From the sequence record NC_019704.1: DNA of 44,375 bases. One strand, 5' to 3'. Positions 10,307 to 20,107 of this stretch are shown here, piece by piece (positions within the stretch are counted from its first letter, which is position 1; every line of letters begins with the position of its first letter). This stretch comes from Enterobacteria phage mEp237. Below the pieces are notes generated by a model that did not search any database, had not been told where the DNA came from, and worked only from the letters and a program-made list of their open reading frames with translations. Position numbers and translations under genes: made by a program.

Positions 10307-12800
10307 TCTGGTCGTTAACCTTGACGTTAACTCGACGAAATTTAACGAGCAGCTTAACTACGTCAAAAAAGAATTAAAGCAGACTGGCAGCGCGGCGAAC
10401 GACGAAGCGCTACGGATCCAGCAGTCCTTTAGCCGCCAGGAGAACGCCGCGCGCAAGGCGGGTATTTCAATAGGCCAGTATAACGCAGCAATGCGTATGC
10501 TTCCGGCGCAGTTTACCGATATAGCTACGCAGCTAGCGGGCGGGCAGAACCCATGGCTGATTCTGCTTCAGCAGGGCGGTCAGGTTAAGGACTCCTTTGG
10601 CGGGATAATACCAACATTCCGGGCCTTACTGGGTACGATCTCACCGTTGATGGTCGGCATCGGTGCGCTGTCCGCCGCAACGGGTGCGCTGTTCTATGCC
10701 TGGTACCAGGGCTCATCCACACTATCTGACTTCAACAAAACGCTGGTACTGTCGGGGAACACGGCCGGATTGACTGCCGATCGTATGTTGGCGCTGGCAC
10801 GAAACGGCCAGGCAGCGGGGCTGACGTTCAATCAGACCAGCGAAGCCCTGAGCGAGCTTATCAACGCGGGGGTGGGCGCGAGTTCGCGCTTTGATGAAAT
10901 GAGCCAGGCGGTGGCGCGATTTACTGATGCCTCCGGCGTGCCGGTGGAAAAAGTCGCAGCCGCATACGGCAAGCTCACTACTGACCCTACATCAGGCCTG
11001 ATCGCGATGGCTCAGCAGTTCCACAACGTTACGGCCGAACAGATTGCCCATGTGGCACAGCTGCAGCGTGCCGGTGATGAGGCTGGCGCACTGCAGGCGG
11101 CTAATCAGGCTGCTACTGCCGGATTCAACGATCAGACCAAGGCCATCCGCGACAATATGGGGACGATTGAGTCTTCAGCGGATTCCCTGAAGCGTGCCTT
11201 CAAGTCGATGTGGGATGCTGCACTTGATATTGGCAGACCTGACACCGCCCAGGAGATGGTGGCAAAAGCCCAGGCCGCGTTTAAAAAGGCTGATGAAATC
11301 TGGAACCTGCGTAAAGGTGACCGATATGTCAATGATGAGGCTCGCGCCCGATTCTGGAATGACCGCGAAACGGCCAGGCTTGCGCTGGATATGGCGCAGC
11401 AGCAGGCGGGAATTGCCAGGGCGAACGAAGAGAATGCATCGCGCGAAGCGGCTGCGGAATCGGATCGCCAGAAGTATGCTGCGCAGGCACAGGCAAACTA
11501 TGCCAAAACGCAGACGGCACTGGAGAAATACACGGCCAGGCAGAGCGAGCTCAACAAGGCGCTGAAAGAGGGGCGGATCCTCCAGGCTGACTACAACATC
11601 AACCTGGCTGCCGCGAAAAAAGAGTACGAAGACACCCTTAAAAAGCCGAAGAAGACCCCGGCAATCAGAACCCCCGCAGGTGCCCGTGCCACCGATACGG
11701 CCAGTGCCCAGACGCTGGAGCTACAGACACAGCTGCGCACCCTGCAGGAGCATAAGAGCATCAATGACACCATCAGCCAGCAGCGTCAGGAGCTGTGGCG
11801 TCAGCAGTCCCGCTTTACGGTTCTGGAAGAGGCCGCGAAGACCCGAACGCTTTCTGCTGAGGAAAAATCCCTGCTGGCCAGTAAAAGTGAGGTGCTTTCC
11901 CGTGCGGAGCTGAATGCGAAGCTCGGCGATCAGATAGTGGCGCAGGAGCGGCTTAATCGCCTGCAGGATACGTCCCAAAAATACGTCACGCAGATCGGCG
12001 AGAAAACCCGAGCCCTTGCGGAAAGTGCTGGTATGAGCAGTCGTGCAGCACAACGTCGCAATGAAGAGGCCCAGCTTCTTCAGGGCTGGAAAAATGGTGG
12101 TGGTTCGGAGAACGATGCTGGTTATCAGAATGAGCTGCAGGCGCTGCAGGCGTATTACGCCGAGCAGGATAAGCTGCGGGACGACTGGCAGTCCGGAGCC
12201 AAATCCGCATGGGCAGATTATGTTGATTCTGCTTCAGATGCTTATGGCCAGATGAAGTCGGCTGCCACCAGTGCGTTTGATGGCATCGGGCAAAATATGG
12301 CTGACATGCTGACGCGCGGAAAGGCTGACTGGGCTGACTTCACCCGCTCCACGCTCTCCATGCTGACACAGATCCTGCTGAAACAGGCGATGGTAGGCCT
12401 GGTGGATTCAGCGACAACCGCGCTGGGATTTGCAGGTGGCGGTTATACCGGTTCAGGCGGGAAATATGAACCTGCAGGTGTCGTTCACCGTGGTGAATTT
12501 GTTTTCACCAAAGAGGCTACCAGCCGGATCGGCGTCGGCAATCTTTACCGGATGATGAAAGGGTATGCCACGGGTGGGTATGTCGGGGGCGGTGGTACAG
12601 GCCCGGCTGCAGCACCTTTCGGTGTCAGTGTATATGCCCCGGTGACGGTCGAGAATGCTTCCGGTAACGCACAGCAGCAAAACGACGGAGACAGGCTGGG
12701 TAAGGCGTATCAGCAGGTGATTAACAAATCTGTCAACGATGGTATCGCCAGGGCAATCCAGCCCGGTGGGCTTATCTGGAATGCGACCAATCGCAGGTAA
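10284..12800 (+). CDS. H: Tail tape measure protein (lambda gpH homolog)
   Basis: 838 aa; extensive similarity to remembered lambda H (KAGISIGQYNAAMRMLPAQFTD..., C-terminal GVVHRGEFVFTKEATSRIGVGNLYRMMKGYATGGYVG). Confidence 0.94.
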   Translation: MAQTAVGDLVVNLDVNSTKFNEQLNYVKKELKQTGSAANDEALRIQQSFSRQENAARKAGISIGQYNAAMRMLPAQFTDIATQLAGGQNPWLILLQQGGQVKDSFGGIIPTFRALLGTISPLMVGIGALSAATGALFYAWYQGSSTLSDFNKTLVLSGNTAGLTADRMLALARNGQAAGLTFNQTSEALSELINAGVGASSRFDEMSQAVARFTDASGVPVEKVAAAYGKLTTDPTSGLIAMAQQFHNVTAEQIAHVAQLQRAGDEAGALQAANQAATAGFNDQTKAIRDNMGTIESSADSLKRAFKSMWDAALDIGRPDTAQEMVAKAQAAFKKADEIWNLRKGDRYVNDEARARFWNDRETARLALDMAQQQAGIARANEENASREAAAESDRQKYAAQAQANYAKTQTALEKYTARQSELNKALKEGRILQADYNINLAAAKKEYEDTLKKPKKTPAIRTPAGARATDTASAQTLELQTQLRTLQEHKSINDTISQQRQELWRQQSRFTVLEEAAKTRTLSAEEKSLLASKSEVLSRAELNAKLGDQIVAQERLNRLQDTSQKYVTQIGEKTRALAESAGMSSRAAQRRNEEAQLLQGWKNGGGSENDAGYQNELQALQAYYAEQDKLRDDWQSGAKSAWADYVDSASDAYGQMKSAATSAFDGIGQNMADMLTRGKADWADFTRSTLSMLTQILLKQAMVGLVDSATTALGFAGGGYTGSGGKYEPAGVVHRGEFVFTKEATSRIGVGNLYRMMKGYATGGYVGGGGTGPAAAPFGVSVYAPVTVENASGNAQQQNDGDRLGKAYQQVINKSVNDGIARAIQPGGLIWNATNRR

Positions 12801-12805
12801 CAGTT

Positions 12806-13153
12806 ATGACGATAGAAACATTCCCCTGGGGTATTAAGGTCTCCAGCCAGCCCACAGAGGGAAGCAAAGACACCGTCAGGAAGGTCCAGTTCGGCGACGG
12901 TTACGCACAGGTGAGCGGCTCAGGTCTGAATGATGAAATTCGCACCTATGAATTTTCCTTCTCAGGGGATCCGACTACAGCGAATGAAATTCATGCCTTC
13001 CTTCGGCGGCATAAAGTGAAGTCGTTTATTTTCACTCCGCCTTTCGGCGATACCGCGCTGTGGCGTGTCGAGGCTGACACGCTCAAAAAGGTGGTTAAAA
13101 ACGTAAAAGTGATAACCGTAACCGCAACGTTTGAACAGGCATTTGCACCATGA
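12806..13153 (+). CDS. M: Minor tail protein (lambda gpM homolog)
   Basis: 115 aa; conserved VRKVQFGDGY motif and position after H. Confidence 0.88.
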   Translation: MTIETFPWGIKVSSQPTEGSKDTVRKVQFGDGYAQVSGSGLNDEIRTYEFSFSGDPTTANEIHAFLRRHKVKSFIFTPPFGDTALWRVEADTLKKVVKNVKVITVTATFEQAFAP

Positions 13154-13905
13154 GTCTTAATGCTGATTATCAAAAACTTGAGCCGGGCAATGAAGTCCGG
13201 CTTTTTTCTGTCGATGGTACAGCGTTCGGTATGTCAGATGTGCTCCGCTTCCACGCACACAATATCGCACACACCCCGGAAGAGATTGAAGCCGCAGGCG
13301 GGGATGAGAATAAACTTCCGGCGAAGTCCATATGGTGGCAGGGGGAGGAATATAAAGCCTGGCCATGTCAGGTGGAGGGTATTGAGGCGACCACAGACGG
13401 TACCAGCCCACAGCCAAAATTGACGGTGGCGAACCTGGACAGCTCGATCTCAGCGCTCTGTCTGGCGTATGACGATCTGCTGCAGGCGAAAGTGAGTATC
13501 CACGACACGCTGGCACAGTATCTGGACGCCAGAAATTTTCCGCAGGGCAATCCCACTGCAGACCCGTCACAGGAAAAGCTGAAGGTCTTTTATATCGATG
13601 CCAGAAGCACCGAGACGGATGAATCTGTTGAATTTACGCTTTCCAGTCCGATGGATTTACAGGGCCAGATGATACCCACGCGGCAGCTGCATTCGTTATG
13701 CAGCTGGTGCATCCGGAACAAGTACCGGACCGGCGACGGCTGCGACTATGCCGGAACGCGCTATTTCGACAAAAACAATAATCCGGTTGACGATCCATCG
13801 CTGGATGTCTGCAACGGCACGCTGACGGCCTGCAAGCTCCGGCACGGAGACAGCAACGAGCTGCCGTTTGGCGGTTTCCCCGGTACATCTCTTATCAGGA
13901 GCTGA
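13150..13905 (+). CDS. L: Minor tail protein (lambda gpL homolog) with C-terminal Cys cluster
   Basis: 251 aa; C-terminal cysteines (CSWC...C...C...C) as in the lambda gpL Fe-S region; ATGA overlap with M. Confidence 0.9.
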   Translation: MSLNADYQKLEPGNEVRLFSVDGTAFGMSDVLRFHAHNIAHTPEEIEAAGGDENKLPAKSIWWQGEEYKAWPCQVEGIEATTDGTSPQPKLTVANLDSSISALCLAYDDLLQAKVSIHDTLAQYLDARNFPQGNPTADPSQEKLKVFYIDARSTETDESVEFTLSSPMDLQGQMIPTRQLHSLCSWCIRNKYRTGDGCDYAGTRYFDKNNNPVDDPSLDVCNGTLTACKLRHGDSNELPFGGFPGTSLIRS

Positions 13906-13906
13906 T

Positions 13907-14638
13907 ATGCGCCAGAAAACCATTGATGCCATCATGGCACACGCTGCAGCGGAATATCCGCGAGAGTGCTGCGGCGTGGTGGCACAGAAAAGCCGGGTTG
14001 AGCGCTATTTTCCCTGTCGTAATCTCGCAGCAGAGCCGACTGAACATTTTCACCTGTCCCCCGAAGATTACGCAGCGGCAGAAGACTGGGGGACGGTGGT
14101 GGCCATTGTTCACAGCCATCCTGATGCGACGACGCAGGCCAGCGAGCTGGATAAGGCGCAGTGTGATGCAACGCTGCTGCCCTGGCATATTGTGAGCTGG
14201 CCAGAGGGGGATTTACGTACCATTCAGCCACGCGGGGAGCTGCCATTGCTGGAGCGTCCGTTCGTGCTTGGCCACTTCGATTGCTGGGGTCTGGTAATGA
14301 GCTATTTCCGGCAGACCCACTGTATCGAGCTCCACGATTACCGGGTGGATTATCCCTGGTGGGAAAACGACTACCCGGACAATTTCTATCAGGAGTGCTG
14401 GTACGAGTGCGGATTCAGGGAGTTTGATGGTCCGCCTCAGGAAGGGGACCTCGTCATCATGCAGGTGCAGGCCGATAAGTGGAATCATGCCGGGATTTTA
14501 CTGGAGGGTAACATGCTGCTGCACCATCTTTACGGGCATCTGAGTCAACGTGTTCCTTATGGCGGATACTGGCAGGAGCGCACAATGAAGATCGTTCGCT
14601 ATAAAGATGTAATGGCAGGTGAAACATGCAGGAAGTAA
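13907..14638 (+). CDS. K: Tail assembly protein (lambda gpK homolog; JAMM/MPN plus NlpC/P60 domains)
   Basis: Start MRQKTIDAIMAHA with AGGAG upstream; JAMM motif HSHP...S..D and C-terminal region match lambda K; the ORF-track start at 13868 overlaps L and lacks an RBS. Confidence 0.9.
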   Translation: MRQKTIDAIMAHAAAEYPRECCGVVAQKSRVERYFPCRNLAAEPTEHFHLSPEDYAAAEDWGTVVAIVHSHPDATTQASELDKAQCDATLLPWHIVSWPEGDLRTIQPRGELPLLERPFVLGHFDCWGLVMSYFRQTHCIELHDYRVDYPWWENDYPDNFYQECWYECGFREFDGPPQEGDLVIMQVQADKWNHAGILLEGNMLLHHLYGHLSQRVPYGGYWQERTMKIVRYKDVMAGETCRK

Positions 14639-15216
14639 TGACCCGCATTGAGCTTGGCGGCGTGCTCGGGAAAACATTCGGTAAAGTTCACCATCGCCTG
14701 ATTTCCCGCGTGAACGAAGCGAGTGTTGCGCTGGCAAAGACTATACCGGGCTTTGAGCAGTTTATGATTTCCAGCCAACGCCGTGGTCTCACTTATTCAG
14801 TATTCAAAGGGAAAAAGAATATTGGTGTTGATGACCTGGGTTACCCGGTCACCGGCGATGTCATTCGCATTGTCCCGGTGATTATCGGGAGCAAAAAGGC
14901 CGGATTACTCCAGACAATACTTGGTGCAGTTCTGGTTGCCGTTGGGGCGGTGCTTAATTTCACACCCTGGGCTGCGGCATCACCATTCTTATACAAATTC
15001 GGTGCCGCAATGATGATTGGCGGGGTTGTTCAGATGCTTTCCCCTCAACCAGCGGGGCTGGCCAGCAAACAGAGTTCAGATAACCGCGCCTCATACGCGT
15101 TCGGTGGAGTCACCAACACCGCCGCGCAGGGCTATCCGGTACCGCTTCTTTATGGTCGTCGGCAAATCGGCGGTGCGATTATTTCTGCCGGGATTTATGT
15201 CGAAGACCAGCAATAA
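14626..15216 (+). CDS. I: Tail assembly protein (lambda gpI homolog)
   Basis: 196 aa; hydrophobic central segment; gene order K-I-J. Confidence 0.85.
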   Translation: MQEVMTRIELGGVLGKTFGKVHHRLISRVNEASVALAKTIPGFEQFMISSQRRGLTYSVFKGKKNIGVDDLGYPVTGDVIRIVPVIIGSKKAGLLQTILGAVLVAVGAVLNFTPWAAASPFLYKFGAAMMIGGVVQMLSPQPAGLASKQSSDNRASYAFGGVTNTAAQGYPVPLLYGRRQIGGAIISAGIYVEDQQ

Positions 15217-15232
15217 ATAAAAACCTCCTTTC

Positions 15233-15257
15233 AGGCCACCTCAGGGTGGCCTTTTTT
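15233..15257 (+). terminator. Intrinsic terminator-like hairpin between I and J
   Basis: 8-bp stem AGGCCACC / GGTGGCCT, loop TCAG, then TTTTT. Confidence 0.6.
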
Positions 15258-15268
15258 ATGGGCGCAAT

Positions 15269-18200
15269 ATGGCTACATCTACTCCGATTAGAGGCCGCAA
15301 GGGCGGCAGCTCCAGTTCACGCACCCCGACTGAACAACCAGACGATCTCCAGTCCGTAGCGAAAGCCAAAATTCTTGTTGCACTGGGAGAGGGCGAATTT
15401 GCAGGGCAGTTGACGGCGAAGGATATCTATCTCGATGGCACGCCACTGGAGAATGCAGACGGATCGCAAAACTTCAGTGGCGTGGCGTGGGAATTTCGTC
15501 CGGGGACTCAGGCACAAAAATATATTCAGGGTATCCCCGGCACAGAAAATGAAATCAGCGTGGGCACCGAAGTGTCAAGCACCACCGGCTGGACACATAC
15601 CTTTACCAACACGCAACTGTCAGCCGTTCGCCTGCGCCTCAAGTGGCCATCGCTTTTTAAACAGGAGGATGATGGCGATCTGGTTGGCTATTCAATTAAC
15701 TACGCTATTGATCTGCAGACCGATGGCGGCACCTGGCAGACGGTACTTAATACCAGCGTAACCGGCAAGACAACTTCCGGCTACGAACGCAGCCATCGTA
15801 TCGATTTACCACAGGCAGGCAGTACATGGACGGTGCGCCTGCGTAAGCTTACGGCGGATGCCAACAGCGCGAAAATTGGCGACACGATGACGCTGCAGAG
15901 CTACACAGAGGTTATTGACGCCAAACTGCGTTATCCAAATACCGCGCTGCTGTACATCGAATTCGACTCAAGCCAGTTTAACGGCTCTATCCCGCAAATA
16001 TCCTGCGAACCGCGAGGGCGTGTAATCCGCGTTCCGGATACGTATGACCCGGAGACCCGCACCTACAGCGGCACATGGACAGGGGCGTTTAAGTGGGCGT
16101 GGACGGATAATCCAGCCTGGATTTTTTACGATCTGGTGGTGAGCGACCGCTTTGGGCTGGGCAATCGCCTGACGGCGGCCAATATTGATAAATGGACGCT
16201 TTATCAGGTCGCGCAATATTGCGATCAGCCGGTTCCTGATGGTAAAGGCGGTAGCGGCACTGAGCCTCGCTATACCTGTAACGTGTACGTGCAGGAGAGG
16301 AATGACGCCTATACCGTGTTACGTGATTTTGCGGCGATATTCCGGGGCATGACGTACTGGGGTGGCGATCAAATCGTTGCGCTGGCGGATATGCCCCGCG
16401 ATGTGGATTACAGCTACACGCGTGCAAACGTGGTTAATGGGCGCTTTACCTATTCGGGCAGCACCACCAAAACCCGCTATACCACGGCACTGGTTTCCTG
16501 GTCCGATCCGGGTAATGCCTACGCGGATGCGATGGAGCCTGTATTTGAGCAGGATCTCGTTGCTCGCTTTGGCACAAATCAGCTCGAAATGACAGCCATT
16601 GGTTGTACCCGGCAGTCAGAGGCAAACCGCAAAGGACGTTGGGGTATCCTGACCAATAACAAGGATCGCATCGTGTCGTTCGATGTTGGTCTTGACGGTA
16701 AGATCCCACAGCCTGGTTATATCATCGCGGTTGCCGATGAGCTGCTTTCCGGAAAAGTGATGGGAGGGCGCATCAGCGCGGTTAACGGTCGCGTTATCAC
16801 GCTTGATCGTGATTCGGCAGCCGCTCCCGGAAGCCGTCTGATGGTTAACCTTCCGTCCGGCGCATCGCAGAGCAGGACGATACAGAGCGTAAACGGGCGG
16901 GCCGTCACTGTGACAACGGCATACAGCGAAACACCTGCAGTGGAATCGGTGTGGATTGTCGAGTCTGAAGAGCTTTACGCGCAGCAATATCGCGTTATCA
17001 GCGTTACGGATAATAATGACGGAACGTATTCGATTGCTGGCGCTTTGCACGATCCGGATAAATATGCGCGTATCGATACCGGTGCCATTATCGACCAGCG
17101 GCCAATAAGTGTAATTCCGCCCGGTAATCAGTCCCCGCCAGCTAATATCGCGATCAGTTCGTTTTCTGTCGTTCAGCAGAATATCAGCGTTGAGACCATG
17201 CGCGTCAGCTGGGACCAGGCGAAAAATGCTATCGCGTATGAGGCACAGTGGCGTCGCAATGACGGGAACTGGGTGAATGTGCCGCGCAGCTCCACCACGT
17301 CATTCGATGTTCCGGGGATTTATGCAGGACGCTACCTGGTTCGCGTGCGTGCCATCAATGCCGCCGAAATTTCATCTGGGTGGGGCTATTCAGAAGAGAA
17401 AACGTTGACGGGTAAAGTGGGAAACCCACCGAAGCCGGTTGGCTTCATCGCTTCTGAAAACGTGGTATTCGGTATCGAGCTGAACTGGGGATTCCCGGCG
17501 AATACCGAAGACACGCTGAAGACGGAAATTCAGTACAGCCTGACCGGTAGCGAAGATGATGCAATGCTGCTGGCCGATGTGCCTTATCCGCAGCGCAAAT
17601 ATCAGCAGATGGGTCTTAAGGCAGGGCAGATTTTCTGGTATCGCGCGCAACTGGTCGACAGAACGGGAAACGAGTCCGGGTATACCGACTGGGTGCGAGG
17701 TCAGGCCAGCATCGATGTTTCCGATATCACCGATGTGATCCTGGAGGAGATCAAAGACTCCGCTACGTTTAAAGATCTGATTGAGAGCGCAGTGGACAGC
17801 AATGAAAAAATTGCTGGCATGGCTGACGAAATCAAAAACCATGCAGACGAGCTGGAGCAGCAGGCGAAAGATATACAGGAAAACGCTGACGGGCTGGCGC
17901 AGGCGGCGGTAAAAATCGATGAGATTTCCGTTTCAATGGACGGTATGACAGGAGGCGTGAAGAATTCGGCAATTGCGATAATCCAGAATGGGCTGGCGCA
18001 GGTTGTCAGTCGTCGTTCCCAGACAGCAACAAACGCCGGGAACAGTGCCAGTATAGACAGAGTGGATACTACGATTGCCGATACCAGCCAGGCGGTCGCA
18101 CGCGCGCTGGTCACACTGGATGCAGAAGCTGGTGGCAATATCTCTAACTCAACGGACCTGACAGAAACTCTTGCTGATTTCACCCAGGCTTCGGCAACAA

Positions 18201-18724
18201 AAATCAACACTCTGACTGTTAAATCAGGCGAAAACAGTGCAGCGATAAACGTCAACGCACAGGCTATAGCAGATGTAAACGGTAACCTCAGCGCGATGTA
18301 TAACATCAAGGTGGGGGTGTCCAGTAACGGGCAGTATTACGCTGCCGGGATGGGTATAGGGGTTCAAAATACACCCTCCGGCATGCAGTCACAGGTAATC
18401 TTCCTGGCAGACCGTTTCGCCGTGACTACTATGGTCGGCGGGACTGTAACACTGCCGTTCGTTATCCAGAATGGCCAGGCCATTATCAGGGATACAGTCA
18501 TTGGCGACGGGACCATAAGCAATGCAAAAATTGGCAATTACATCCAGTCGAACAATTATGTTGCCGGCTCTGTTGGCTGGAAACTGGATAAGTCCGGGAC
18601 GTTTGAGAACTACGGTTCGACAGCTGGGGAGGGAGCCATGAAGCAGACCAACCAGACAATCAGCGTCAAGGATGGCAACAACGTTCTGAGAGTGCAGGTT
18701 GGCCGATTAACGGGGGTGTTCTGA
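15269..18724 (+). CDS. J: Central tail fibre / host specificity protein (lambda gpJ homolog)
   Basis: 1151 aa (lambda J 1132 aa); conserved N-terminal and central blocks (e.g. TEVIDAKLRYPNTAL, TGAFKWAWTDNPAW); C-terminal part diverges. Confidence 0.95.
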   Translation: MATSTPIRGRKGGSSSSRTPTEQPDDLQSVAKAKILVALGEGEFAGQLTAKDIYLDGTPLENADGSQNFSGVAWEFRPGTQAQKYIQGIPGTENEISVGTEVSSTTGWTHTFTNTQLSAVRLRLKWPSLFKQEDDGDLVGYSINYAIDLQTDGGTWQTVLNTSVTGKTTSGYERSHRIDLPQAGSTWTVRLRKLTADANSAKIGDTMTLQSYTEVIDAKLRYPNTALLYIEFDSSQFNGSIPQISCEPRGRVIRVPDTYDPETRTYSGTWTGAFKWAWTDNPAWIFYDLVVSDRFGLGNRLTAANIDKWTLYQVAQYCDQPVPDGKGGSGTEPRYTCNVYVQERNDAYTVLRDFAAIFRGMTYWGGDQIVALADMPRDVDYSYTRANVVNGRFTYSGSTTKTRYTTALVSWSDPGNAYADAMEPVFEQDLVARFGTNQLEMTAIGCTRQSEANRKGRWGILTNNKDRIVSFDVGLDGKIPQPGYIIAVADELLSGKVMGGRISAVNGRVITLDRDSAAAPGSRLMVNLPSGASQSRTIQSVNGRAVTVTTAYSETPAVESVWIVESEELYAQQYRVISVTDNNDGTYSIAGALHDPDKYARIDTGAIIDQRPISVIPPGNQSPPANIAISSFSVVQQNISVETMRVSWDQAKNAIAYEAQWRRNDGNWVNVPRSSTTSFDVPGIYAGRYLVRVRAINAAEISSGWGYSEEKTLTGKVGNPPKPVGFIASENVVFGIELNWGFPANTEDTLKTEIQYSLTGSEDDAMLLADVPYPQRKYQQMGLKAGQIFWYRAQLVDRTGNESGYTDWVRGQASIDVSDITDVILEEIKDSATFKDLIESAVDSNEKIAGMADEIKNHADELEQQAKDIQENADGLAQAAVKIDEISVSMDGMTGGVKNSAIAIIQNGLAQVVSRRSQTATNAGNSASIDRVDTTIADTSQAVARALVTLDAEAGGNISNSTDLTETLADFTQASATKINTLTVKSGENSAAINVNAQAIADVNGNLSAMYNIKVGVSSNGQYYAAGMGIGVQNTPSGMQSQVIFLADRFAVTTMVGGTVTLPFVIQNGQAIIRDTVIGDGTISNAKIGNYIQSNNYVAGSVGWKLDKSGTFENYGSTAGEGAMKQTNQTISVKDGNNVLRVQVGRLTGVF

Positions 18725-18725
18725 T

Positions 18726-19028
18726 ATGGCTTATGGAATACAGACCTGGGATGCTTCGGGAAACCCCAACAACTACGGAATCAAGCCAGTTTCCGTTGTT
18801 GGACGTATACAACTTGCCGCCGGACAAAACTCCGGCAGCTGGTCTTTCACGGTACCCTCAGGAATGAAGGTCGGTTTTGCGCTCTCACTTGATGAAGGAG
18901 GTAACAGCGTAGGGAGGAGCATTGTCGCGTCAGGGAACACAATAACCGTAACCGCAGCCTCTTCTGTGGGCCTGGGTAATTACCCGGCCTCTAAATGTGA
19001 GGTGGTCGTTTTCATGGAGAAAGCATAA
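18726..19028 (+). CDS. Hypothetical tail-associated protein
   Basis: 100-aa ORF directly after J; contains a WDASG motif shared with the next ORF; no family recognised. Confidence 0.55.
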   Translation: MAYGIQTWDASGNPNNYGIKPVSVVGRIQLAAGQNSGSWSFTVPSGMKVGFALSLDEGGNSVGRSIVASGNTITVTAASSVGLGNYPASKCEVVVFMEKA

Positions 19029-19702
19029 TGGCCGAATTTGGCGCGATGATATTAATGGATAACGGGAATCCCTTTGTAACGCCACAATCAACGCCTTTCT
19101 GTCTTTACGGGAAGTATACCTTCAATTCATCCGCGAATGGCAGTTCTCAGCAGGTTGCTCAAAATATCGCTTTAAACGCTGATTACCCAGTGATGGTTTT
19201 TATCAAAACCACCAATACAGCACAGCCCACTCCGGTTATGTCTTACAGGAACGGCGGTAATGTGTATGTTGCTGGTGTTAATCCCTACAACCAAAGTTTC
19301 ACTTTAACGGCGTACGTTTTTGCCATATTCCCGCAGATATTACCGAAATGGGGTTTGGCAATATGGGATGCGAGCGGAAAGCTTGTGTTAACTAATGAGT
19401 CCCGTGTGCTATCAGACCTGCAGACGGTTGGCACGCCTGGTGCAAACGGCGGGATAAATATTGACCAGACGCTGAGCGGGTCATGGGCCGTTGCACCTGC
19501 TCAGTTGGGTCAGACCATCATTGTGAATAATTCAACCCAGCCTCCGACTATCTACACGATAAATGCTTATTCTTCATGCAGGTTTGACGGGGCCAATACG
19601 AGGATAAACGCAGGGGGGACCTCCACTGGGGCAGGTTCACCTGGAGGGGGAACGAATACTGGCATTTCATTAACCGCCATAAATACAGCGGCCTATGATT
19701 GA
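19028..19702 (+). CDS. Hypothetical tail-associated protein
   Basis: 224-aa ORF with GGAG RBS and TAATG coupling to the previous ORF; Gly/Thr-rich C-terminus. Confidence 0.6.
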   Translation: MAEFGAMILMDNGNPFVTPQSTPFCLYGKYTFNSSANGSSQQVAQNIALNADYPVMVFIKTTNTAQPTPVMSYRNGGNVYVAGVNPYNQSFTLTAYVFAIFPQILPKWGLAIWDASGKLVLTNESRVLSDLQTVGTPGANGGINIDQTLSGSWAVAPAQLGQTIIVNNSTQPPTIYTINAYSSCRFDGANTRINAGGTSTGAGSPGGGTNTGISLTAINTAAYD

Positions 19703-19813
19703 TTGATCGTTTTTAGCGATCAATAACATAATATTGATCTATCCAATCAATTATACCCACCAGAATTGTATTGGTATCGTCTAAGATACTGAATTCCTCT
19801 GGATACTATCAAA

Positions 19814-20047
19814 ATGAGAAAACTGATTATCTGCATGGCAGGCGCTGTCATGCTTACAGGATGCGCTGGCGTAATTGAGAAACAGGAACCAGTTTGCAGC
19901 GGCACTGCAATCGTTGGCGGTCAGGAAACTACGGTTCAGATTTACGGTGTGCGTAAACAAAACAACCAGACGCAGTACCGGGCTGGATATCCTTTCAGCT
20001 GGCGCTGGGTAAGTGCGAATACATTTACCGAAACAACCTGCAAATAA
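19814..20047 (+). CDS. Small lipoprotein (possibly Cor-like superinfection exclusion)
   Basis: 77 aa; signal peptide with lipobox LTGC (MRKLIICMAGAVMLTGCAG); followed by an intrinsic terminator. Confidence 0.6.
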   Translation: MRKLIICMAGAVMLTGCAGVIEKQEPVCSGTAIVGGQETTVQIYGVRKQNNQTQYRAGYPFSWRWVSANTFTETTCK

Positions 20048-20068
20048 CCCACTACGCTTAAACATAAA

Positions 20069-20091
20069 CCTCGCTCCGGCGGGGTTTTTTT
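20069..20091 (+). terminator. Intrinsic terminator after the lipoprotein gene
   Basis: Stem CCTCGC / GCGGGG (one G-U pair), loop TCCG, then a 7-T run. Confidence 0.65.
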
Positions 20092-20107
20092 ATTGCCTGG
20101 AGAAAAT

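Noticed and set aside
13868-13906. Upstream extension of the K gene used by the ORF track (256 aa)
   Set aside because: The extension overlaps the L 3' end and lacks an RBS, whereas the ATG at 13907 has AGGAG upstream and matches the lambda K N-terminus.
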